The notes under the pieces: model-generated
Database searches by the model: none
What the model was told of the DNA's origin: nothing
Seen by the model: only the letters and a program-made list of their open reading frames with translations
Assembly: GCA_022072405.1 (NCBI GenBank)
Contig: JAJVHX010000017.1
Location: forward strand, 64,141-128,140
Length of the DNA: 64,000 nt
Direction of reading: 5' to 3'
From: Phycisphaerae bacterium
GTDB taxonomy: Bacteria > Planctomycetota > Phycisphaerae > UBA1845 > CAIVHJ01
Translations under genes and position numbers: made by a program
In this document: positions 19,529 to 27,311 of the stretch, in pieces
How the letters are laid out: each line of letters begins with the position of its first letter
Numbering within the stretch: the stretch's first letter is position 1

Positions 19529-20503
19529 ATGATCTGGTTCTGGGTTGGTTTTATCGCTCTGGTTTTAATTATTCTGGCATTGGATCTGGGAATTTTTCAC
19601 CGACAGATGCACGAGATTCATACCCGTGAAGCTTTGATCTGGACCGCTGCCTGCATCAGCCTGGCATTGCTTTTTACGGTATTTGTTTATTTTGCCTACA
19701 ACCACCATTGGTTGGGAATTGGTTTAAATGTTGGCCACTCGATCAGTGGAAAAGATGCCGCCATCCAGTTCCTGACGGGTTATATCATTGAAGAATCATT
19801 AAGCCTGGATAACATCTTTGTTTTCGCCATGATCTTTGCTTATTTCCGTGTCCCGCTGCTATTCCAGCATCGTGTCTTATTCTGGGGAATTTTGGGAGCG
19901 TTGATCCTGAGAGGATTGATGATCGGTATCGGAGTAGCCCTGATATCTCATTTCGAATGGGTAATTTACCTGTTCGGGATGATACTCATTTACTCCGCTT
20001 ATAAAATGCTTGTATCGCGAGAAGAAGATTTTGATCCTCAAACAAATCCGTTAATACGCTTGGCCAGGCGTTTTCTGCCCATATCGAATGAATACGATGG
20101 GGCACATTTTGTAACCCGGATTGATGGCCGTCGCTTCTACACACCCCTCTTTATCGTACTTCTCACTGTTGAAAGTTCGGATGTGATTTTTGCCATCGAC
20201 TCCATCCCGGCAATTTTCGCCGTCACCCGTGACCCGTTTCTGGTGTTTACTTCTAATGTATTCGCCATTCTGGGGTTGCGATCTCTGTACTTTGCTCTGG
20301 CCAGCATGATGAAGCAGTTCCGTTACCTGAAGACCAGCATCGTGTTCGTTCTCGCCTATGTGGGTGTGAAAATGTTGCTCAGCAAGACATACCCGATTCC
20401 GTCGGAAGTGTCGCTGGCTGTGATTTGCATCATGATTACGATCGGTATAATGGCGTCCTGGTTGGTACGGGAGCGTGACAATACACAGCCACCGTTACCA
20501 TAA
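19529..20503 (+). CDS. TerC-family integral membrane protein
   Basis: 324 aa with multiple TM segments. FLTGYIIEESLSLDNIFVF and ESSDVIFAIDSIPAIFAVT match TerC repeat motifs. Confidence 0.85.
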   Translation: MIWFWVGFIALVLIILALDLGIFHRQMHEIHTREALIWTAACISLALLFTVFVYFAYNHHWLGIGLNVGHSISGKDAAIQFLTGYIIEESLSLDNIFVFAMIFAYFRVPLLFQHRVLFWGILGALILRGLMIGIGVALISHFEWVIYLFGMILIYSAYKMLVSREEDFDPQTNPLIRLARRFLPISNEYDGAHFVTRIDGRRFYTPLFIVLLTVESSDVIFAIDSIPAIFAVTRDPFLVFTSNVFAILGLRSLYFALASMMKQFRYLKTSIVFVLAYVGVKMLLSKTYPIPSEVSLAVICIMITIGIMASWLVRERDNTQPPLP

Positions 20504-20548
20504 TATTGCCGTTGCCTGTCGTTCCCGGAAATTTTGGAGGTATATGTA

Positions 20549-21040
20549 ATGCGTTCTGCCTGGAAACAGATCGGATTATGGTTGGTCATGATGGCGGTCG
20601 GGTTAACATGGCTTACTGCTTACGCCGGGCCGCCTCGCCGTCAGCATCGCGATGAAGAAGCCACCGTGATGTCCGGGAAGCTGGTCGATTTGAAGAGTTA
20701 TATGAGCGAAGAGCTGGAAGGAGACGAGCTGGTTCGGATGATTCAATCCAATCTGCGTGAGGGTATTCCGGCGGCGATCGAAACCAAGGAAGGATTGGTT
20801 GTTGTCGGCTGGGACCGCAAAATCCCCAAGGCCAAAGTACTGCAAATGGCTAATCAGGATATTGAAGTCCGCGGGCTTCTGTATGAAAAAAGCGGTCTTC
20901 ATTATATGCAGGTGACCGCGGTACGCGTCGAAGGCGATGAAGCTGAGCAACCCGAGCAACCGCAGGAACCGACAGAACCCGGGGATGAAACGCCTCCCAA
21001 TGAGGAACCTGCCGAACCCACGCAGCCGGAAAATAACTGA
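20549..21040 (+). CDS. hypothetical secreted protein with acidic Pro/Glu-rich tail
   Basis: The ATG at 20549 has GGAGG 8 nt upstream. Signal peptide MRSAWKQIGLWLVMMAVGLTWLTAYA. Followed by a strong terminator. Confidence 0.6.
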   Translation: MRSAWKQIGLWLVMMAVGLTWLTAYAGPPRRQHRDEEATVMSGKLVDLKSYMSEELEGDELVRMIQSNLREGIPAAIETKEGLVVVGWDRKIPKAKVLQMANQDIEVRGLLYEKSGLHYMQVTAVRVEGDEAEQPEQPQEPTEPGDETPPNEEPAEPTQPENN

Positions 21041-21060
21041 TCATTTGATTGCTGGCGACG

Positions 21061-21091
21061 ACGGGCAGTCTCGAAGACTGCCCGTTTTTTT
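21061..21091 (+). terminator. intrinsic terminator
   Basis: Perfect 11-bp stem ACGGGCAGTCT (21061-21071) / AGACTGCCCGT (21075-21085), 3-nt loop, T7 run to 21091. Confidence 0.8.
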
Positions 21092-21136
21092 GCAGAGCCT
21101 ACTTTGCGGTCCATGCTTTCCAGTAGGCTCGCTTGT

Positions 21137-21227
21137 AGGTACTGGTAAAGTTTCACCGAGCCGCGACTGTCAGGGAGCGGTCTTCAAGATTTTTTGATCG
21201 AATATGATTCAAACTGTACCAGTATCC
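21137..21227 (-). repeat. MITE-like palindromic element, copy A (inverted, slightly degenerate)
   Basis: The reverse complement matches the 40-nt core GCTCCCTTACGGTCGCGGCTCGGTGAAACTTTACCAGTAC with 2 mismatches. Terminal inverted repeats are present (GGTACTGGTAAAGTTTCACC ... GATTCAAACTGTACCAGTATCC). Confidence 0.7.
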
Positions 21228-21278
21228 GCTAGTAGGGGTAAGTTGTGCTTGTGGTGTTAGCCGTTATGCTGTCTGACT

Positions 21279-21953
21279 ATGACGCACAGCGAAATATCTG
21301 CCGGCAATACTTCCGCACGGCGTAATAATTGGTTTAATGGCATCCTGCTGATTATGGGGGTGATTATTGTATTCGGCTTGCTAATTCCTTTTGATCTGCC
21401 GCTCGCTCGCCAATTGCAGAGCTGGGCACCTCCCAATGCTGCCCATCCCCTTCATTACATGCTGGTTATTTTTCGACTGTTTGGAGAATTTTCCACCTGG
21501 GCGGGTGTGATTCTGATTATTGCGTTGTTTGAAACTCGTCGACGGCTGTTACTCTCCAGTCTGCTCTTGTCTATTTTTATTTCGTGGGCAGGCTATTCTT
21601 CATTGAAGCGTTTTGTTCCACGCTTGCGACCGAATTCAGAGATTGTAAAAAATCACCAGATCGATACCTGGATGGAAACGTGGTCACAGGCACACCGTAC
21701 TTTATCCGGTGAAGCCATTCGCTCATTCCCCTCCGGCCATACCGCTTCCGCCTGGACATTGGCGATCGTATTATCGATTTACTATCCCCGGGCGCGATGG
21801 GTCTGCTGGTGCCTGGCGATGGGCTGTGGCTTAAGTCGAATCATTGAAGCCTGGCACTGGACGACCGATTGCTGGGCGGGGGGATGGTGGGGCGGCTTCG
21901 CTGCCTGGATGGGCTGTCGAATCGCCCGGATCCGCCCGCCGCCGTCTGCCTAG
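21279..21953 (+). CDS. PAP2-family phosphatase (membrane)
   Basis: All three PAP2 motifs are present: KRFVPRLRP, PSGH, SRIIEAWHWTTD. Several TM segments. Confidence 0.8.
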   Translation: MTHSEISAGNTSARRNNWFNGILLIMGVIIVFGLLIPFDLPLARQLQSWAPPNAAHPLHYMLVIFRLFGEFSTWAGVILIIALFETRRRLLLSSLLLSIFISWAGYSSLKRFVPRLRPNSEIVKNHQIDTWMETWSQAHRTLSGEAIRSFPSGHTASAWTLAIVLSIYYPRARWVCWCLAMGCGLSRIIEAWHWTTDCWAGGWWGGFAAWMGCRIARIRPPPSA

Positions 21954-22132
21954 CTGCCGCTCAGGGCATCCGCCACCGGCAGCAGTGCGGTCAGACTATC
22001 GGTGATCGTTCCGCTGATAAAATCAAATAAACCGATGGTCGCTGCATCCTGGAAATCGCTGCTGGTGCAGCCGGAAATGAGCAGAAACCCGATCCACCAC
22101 CATTTTTTCATGTGACATCGATACCCGTTCAT
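21950..22132 (-). CDS. small (60 aa) lipoprotein
   Basis: The ATG at 22132 has AGGAG 8 nt upstream, 17 nt after the porin stop. Signal peptide plus canonical lipobox ...WWWIGFLLISGC. The alternative start at 22111 lacks an SD. Confidence 0.5.
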   Translation of the reverse strand: MNGYRCHMKKWWWIGFLLISGCTSSDFQDAATIGLFDFISGTITDSLTALLPVADALSGS

Positions 22133-22149
22133 ACGAAATGCTCCTGAAA

Positions 22150-23430
22150 TTACAAATTGAAGGTCATCATGAGTGATCCCACCAACGCGTCCCGACCATC
22201 TCCGCCGGGGTCGATTACGTATTGCACAACAGGCTGTACACTGAGATGGGGGGTCAGCTGACACTTATAAAAACACTCCAACGCCATTTCGTCAAAACGC
22301 TGCTCCAGGCGTTGGATTTCTTCACTGATCTGGCCGTGAAATATTCCCATCCCGAACACGTCTTCATCGCGCGTTGGAAGTAATCCGGTATATTGCCAGC
22401 CCCCGACATAACTCTGGGAAATCTCGTTGTATGCCGACGGGGCCCAGCCATACATGAAAAAGAGACCTAACCCTTCTATACTGTCAGCCTGATCGGGGTT
22501 TTCCCGTGTAATTTGTTGATCCAGGCTGAGATACCACCCAGAATTCCCTTCGTGGAAGCGCGGGCGACGCCGGCCTTGCAGATCATTAAAATAAATCTCC
22601 CAGTCACCACTGTGATACCAGCCGCCGATTCGATAAAGTCCCGGCAGGGTCGTTTCAGCAATGGACCACTCGGGCATCAATCCCAGCTCGACCAGTGTGA
22701 ATGAATCATTGTTGCCATGAAATGCGGTGTGAAAAGGGCTATGGTCACCGATGCCTTCGCCATCATATATTCCGCCCGACAAATACAACCAGGGCAGGGG
22801 TTCAATATAGAGTTCGGAGCCGAAAGCACAATCCGGATAGGTGGGTTGCGGCATATTGGGAATGGCTACCGCCACGCTATGCAGAAAATCAGCCCCATTA
22901 AGGGTATTGGCCAGATGGGCATTACTATCGAGTTTACCGATACGAAAGGTGACATGATCAGACCAGAGCGTTTGCTGCCACCAGAATTGCGACAGTTGCG
23001 TGCGATCCGGGCTGTCATATTCATTGATGCCCAGCAGATCGCCGACGTGTTCATCCGTCAGGCTGCGCCCATGAATATTCTGAAACTCAAAATAAAATTG
23101 ACCGCCCGGCCAGAGTCGCAGTTCTTCAGTATTCAGAGTCAACCCCAGATTGAAGGCCCCGCGATAGGCTTCTGCTTCGTTGACATTTTGCCCACCTTGA
23201 AAGTTCTGTGATCAGATGGCCACATAGCCGGCATCGATGATCACTCCCTCCGGCAATAGGAGCGCTTGATATGATTCTTCCTCCGGTGCGGGTGGTAACG
23301 CCGGCTGGGTAGTCGGGGAATTTGACACTGTGCTGATTTTATCCGACGGCGAGTCGGGAGATTCTGCATCCTGTAGCGGTTCGGTCATGGGTAACAGATT
23401 GACAAACAACAATAAAATTATCTTGGTCAT
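22150..23430 (-). pseudogene. OprB-family carbohydrate-selective porin interrupted by one in-frame TGA
   Basis: ORFs 23212..23430 (signal peptide MTKIILLLFVNLL...) and 22150..23142 are in the same frame. They are separated only by the TGA at 23212-23214 (...DAGYVAI*SQNFQGGQNVNEAEAYRGAFNLGLTLNTEELRLWPGGQFYFEF...). OprB-like motifs include LWPGGQF, LSQFWWQQTL and RIGKLDSNAHL. C-terminal MMTFNL. Confidence 0.7.
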
Positions 23431-23875
23431 AAATTCGATTCCTGCCCGGGTATCACCCGTCTGTTACCTTCACGATCATTCCGTGAGCTGAATTAATATA
23501 AGATACTGAGACTCACTCTCATTATATTAACCGCTATTTCTACAAAATCAATGGCTCATACTTGTAGTGAAAATCGGAGTGCAAATTCAGATATCTGGTC
23601 ATGTTCAACGATCGGTGACCGTAAGGGATCGCTCTTAACCCTATTGCGCATACGCTGAATTCAAACGATTTCTGAACCTAAGTAAACTTGACGATCTGAT
23701 AATGGCAGATCTTAATGGATTTATCCTAGGCAGCTTAGGGTATTACTTACTCGAATCGATCTGTTCACTTGCTGAGTTGCATCGTTACATCAAGAATGAG
23801 TCGATCAACCCTACAGGCCATGTGATCTACCATTTATTGTCAAACACCAAGCAAGATATACAGACAACGTAAACC

Positions 23876-25803
23876 ATGAGTATTCAATATCGATTCATTC
23901 TGATTATCGGAATCGTCACCGGTCTATTGATGGTGACCTTGGCTGTCGTAGAACGATGGGTCGTAGAAGAACATTTTTCGGAGCTGGAACAGCAATGGAT
24001 GCGCCACAATCTGGCCCAGATGAAACATGGCATGGCGGTAGTTCAACAGGAATTGGATGATTATGCACGCGAATGGGCCTGGTGGTCAGACATGTATGAG
24101 TATGTTGACCGACGTAACGTCCAGTTTGAGTCCTCCAACTTCTCACCCACGATGCTCGCCAACCTGAAACTGAATCTGCTGGCGGTGCTGGATATCGAAA
24201 ACCAAGTGATATTTAGTTGTGCAGTCGATTCTTTCAGTCAAAGACATGCAACAATACCGGATGAGACCTGGCAAATATTACAAACCAGCCTGCCCAACTA
24301 TGTAGCACCCCGTTCGAATAAGCCCTTTAGCGGAATACTGAGCCTGAAACAAGGGCCGATGTTTATATCCGCTTATCCCATTTTAACCAGCGAACGCCAG
24401 GGACCCCCGCGCGGTACGCTCATATTTGGACGACCAATCAATGATCGTATCGCCGAGCGACTGAGTGACATGCTAAATATGAAAGTGGAAATTTCCGACT
24501 GGGGGAAACAGAACGATTTCGCCCCGCTCGGAAGCGAGGCCATGGAGACATCGCCCAAGCAATTCAATGACACACGGATCGAGACGACATCCCAGAGTCT
24601 GATTGGCAACTTGATATTGAGAGATGAATCAGGCCAGCCGGCATTGCGGCTACGTCAGCAGTCGAATCGTACGGTATATCAGTATGGACTGGCCACCGTG
24701 AATCATCTGATATGGAGTCTAACCGGAGTGGTCATACTGATGACCTGCCTGACTTATTATCTGGTGGACAGGCAGATAGTCAGCCGGGTCAAATCATTGA
24801 TCGACCAAGTTCACGAACTTCATGCCACCACCCAGGACCGTAACGCCATAGTCATTCCAGGCCAGGATGAGTTGGGCATGCTGGCCCTTGAAATAAACCG
24901 GATGCTCGACCGAAATACTTTGACACAGCAATTACTGCAGGATGCCGTCGATGAGTCCCAGCGTCTGATTCAGTCGGTTGAAACAGCCAATACCCATAAG
25001 AGCCAGTTTTTGGCCAATATGAGTCACGAAATTCGAACCCCAATGACGGCCATTCTCGGATATCTCGATTTACTCGGTGATGGCTGTGCCCAGACGTGTC
25101 AATTCGGTGAACAACACACCCAGAAGTATGTACAGATTATGCGCCGGAACGGAACTCACCTGCTGGAGTTGATCAACCAGATTCTGGATCTGTCACGTAT
25201 CGAAGCGGGCCAACTGGAGTTCGACTGGCAGTCACATCATCCCTCCAGGCTCCTGCAGGAAATTGTCGAGATCGTTCAAGATCAGGCGCAGAAAAAAAAT
25301 ATTGCCCTGACCGTGGAAGATCAGGCGCCGGCGGACCTTTATTGGAAGTGGATCCCCTGCGCATGCGCCAGATACTGCTTAATATCGTGAATAATGCCCT
25401 CAAATTTACCGATCAGGGCGAAGTCCGAATCAACCTGACTTGTCACAGCTCGGTAACTGCACGCTGGTTCGAAATTCTGATCAGCGATACTGGTATCGGT
25501 ATACCCGAAGATAAGCTCGATTCGATCTTTGATAAATTCCGTCAGGCCGATGCGTCGATGACCCGACGATATGGGGGAACCGGTCTGGGGTTGGCAATTG
25601 CCCGCTCTCTGCTGTTATCAATGGGCGGCACTATCAGTGTGTCGAGCAAATTGGGGCAGGGCAGCACCTTCAATATCGAATATCCCGTCGCCGAAGAGTT
25701 GCCGACTCAGTTTATTCCCCAGGCCGATGACTGTGCCTATCGGAATAGCCCCGCAGGGCCGTCGGCTGCACCTGCCAATTTTCGTGTATTAGAAAGCGTG
25801 TGA
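23876..25803 (+). pseudogene. CHASE4-type sensor histidine kinase with a 1-nt frameshift between HisKA and HATPase
   Basis: ORF 23876..25390 carries a TM segment, a CHASE4-like sensor, a second TM/HAMP-like segment and the H-box FLANMSHEIRTPMTAILGY. ORF 25342..25803, in another frame, carries the N, G1 and G2 boxes (NIVNNALKFT, SDTGIGI, GGTGLGLAI). The frames join at about 25340. Confidence 0.8.
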
Positions 25804-25953
25804 TGAGGTTTTCGTTGAGGCCTGGGAAGGTAATGAGCCAATATCGGCCAATTTCCTGGCGCCGGCTACTCAGCTAAGGTTCAGCGATCGGTGGTCGAGT
25901 ATATATAATCATCATGGCGACAGCGACCCGTCGTAGAGCAGAACCGGAGCAGG

Positions 25954-26041
25954 GGCTGGTGAACGGTTGACCAGCGGCTGGTCAACGATTGACCAAAGGC
26001 TGGCGTAGGGCTGACCAGCGGCTGGTCGGTGAACCACCACT
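25954..26041. repeat. four tandem 22-bp direct repeats with internal dyad symmetry
   Basis: Units are GGCTGGTGAACGGTTGACCAGC / GGCTGGTCAACGATTGACCAAA / GGCTGGCGTAGGGCTGACCAGC / GGCTGGTCGGTGAACCACCACT. Half-sites TGGTCAA and TTGACCA alternate every 11 bp. A 22-nt period is incompatible with a coding repeat. Confidence 0.8.
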
Positions 26042-26182
26042 TGCGGACTTCGTCAACAGCGGCGCCGGGACGACAATCCCTATTCCCACACCGCACCACC
26101 CTGCTCCGTAGCGTTATGATCCACTTCATGATTCCTCGACGATAACTGGACCCAGGAACGCTTTTCACACACGCTCCTACTG

Positions 26183-26596
26183 GTGGAAGATTCAGAAGAC
26201 ATCCAACGACTGTTCAGCCACATTTTAGGCAAGTCGGATCTGCAGGTGGATAGCGCCGTTAATGGTTTGCAGGCCCTGGTTCGGATCAAACAAGCCCAGG
26301 ACGATTCAATTCCATACGCTGTGATATTGATGGATATGCAAATGCCGTTGATGGATGGCTATACAGCGGTTCATCATTTGCGCTCCTGCGGCTATCAAGG
26401 CGCCATCATTGCACTTACTGTACATGCCTTGGATGAAGAAAAAAAACGTTGCTTACAGGTGGGTTGCGATGCTTACATTACCAAACCAATTGTCCGCTCA
26501 GCGCTGTTAGAAGTGGTCTACCATAACGCCGGCAAGACAAAATCCGACCCGCTGGACAGCCACTGTCTTGAACAACTGATCGCCAATCCTGGTTAA
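26183..26596 (+). CDS. response-regulator receiver (REC) domain without a credible start codon; probably the detached C-terminus of the hybrid kinase
   Basis: (LLLV)EDSEDIQRL..., phospho-acceptor ILMDMQMPLMDG, ALTVHA, YITKP. The reading frame is open only from 26132 (after the TGA at 26129). It has no ATG/GTG/TTG before the GTG at 26183, which lies inside beta-strand 1. Confidence 0.7.
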   Translation: MEDSEDIQRLFSHILGKSDLQVDSAVNGLQALVRIKQAQDDSIPYAVILMDMQMPLMDGYTAVHHLRSCGYQGAIIALTVHALDEEKKRCLQVGCDAYITKPIVRSALLEVVYHNAGKTKSDPLDSHCLEQLIANPG

Positions 26597-26665
26597 TCAA
26601 ACAACCCGTGCAATGGCACTAATTGTCCAGAATTAATCGCCATTGGCGTTAAAATTCACGGGGAT

Positions 26666-26747
26666 TGCGCGAGGGGAGAATCGAACTCCCACACCTTGCG
26701 GTACAGGAACCTAAATCCTGCGCGTCTGCCAATTCCGCCACTCGCGC
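26666..26747 (-). tRNA. tRNA-Leu (anticodon UAG)
   Basis: The reverse complement folds as a class II tRNA. Acceptor GCGCGAG/CTCGCGC, 3-bp D stem with GG loop, anticodon stem CAGGA/TCCTG with loop TT-TAG-GT, long variable arm, T arm GGGAG-TTCGATT-CTCCC, discriminator A. CCA is not encoded. Confidence 0.9.
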
Positions 26748-27311
26748 TAATTCAATCTCAGGCAGAATAATCATAATCATTGAAGATACCAAATTACATT
26801 AATTATTGCTCAACCAATGGCTTGTGACGGCTATGCCATCAGCCATGAAATTATTCCTCACTTTGCAAGAAGTTTTCCTGCACAGTAATATACCGATCTC
26901 GATTTAAGTTGACCCGGTCAATTTTTTTCTGAAAAATCGGGAAAATTCTATGATTATCGGTCGTCTATTGTTAAACTTAAGATTATGATTGACATCGCTT
27001 TCGGGCTTGAGTATCACTATCTATGAGGAGGGTGGTCTTCCTGCAAATCAGCTGACAGGTCTTGCTGGTCACTTGGGCAGCACCACAATTTATCGGGCAG
27101 GATCAATTTCATCACCGGAAAGCACTTGGTGAGCGTGGTCGTCCAAATTAGCTGAGACCTGTAGCGGGAGCTTGGGGAAGCTCTCACCATAAACAGTACT
27201 GGACTCGTTGCGCGGTCGTATGGCGGCCAACGGGGCAGTTGCTGTTATTTTCATGGTTAACAGTAAATCAAGGTCGTCCACGTGCAAATGCTCCACTGGA
27301 GGAGAAGGTTC

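Noticed and set aside
23212-23214. The TGA in the OprB porin as a selenocysteine codon
   Set aside because: Selenocysteine in a structural outer-membrane barrel has no precedent that I know of. I see no convincing stem-loop immediately downstream of the TGA on the coding strand. No sel genes are in the window. A nonsense mutation or sequencing error is simpler.
25337-25346. Programmed ribosomal frameshift in the histidine kinase
   Set aside because: The site (CTT TAT TGG) is not a canonical X XXY YYZ slippery heptamer in the zero frame. I see no obvious downstream pseudoknot or hairpin. Two neighbouring genes are also damaged, which favours mutation.
25954-26041. The 22-bp repeat array as a CRISPR array
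   Set aside because: The repeats are directly abutting with no spacers. There are only four units, degenerating at the end, and no cas genes in the window.
25881-26168. 95-aa minus-strand ORF spanning the 22-bp repeat array
   Set aside because: Its apparent internal repeat (DQPLV...) is just the DNA repeat read through. The 22-nt period shifts frame every unit. It has no SD and no motifs.
27126-27189. Nested hairpins (TGGTGAG...CTCACCA around GAGCTT-GGGG-AAGCTC) in the giant-gene leader as a riboswitch or sRNA
   Set aside because: The stems are short (6-7 bp) and share bases with each other. They match no known RNA family I can recall. This is too weak without covariation data.
26597-27311. 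tRNA-Leu as the attachment site of an integrated island carrying the giant protease
   Set aside because: There is no integrase or recombinase gene in the window. I could find no direct repeat of the tRNA 3' end. The giant gene's composition looks like its neighbours. Only the AT-rich spacer is suggestive.
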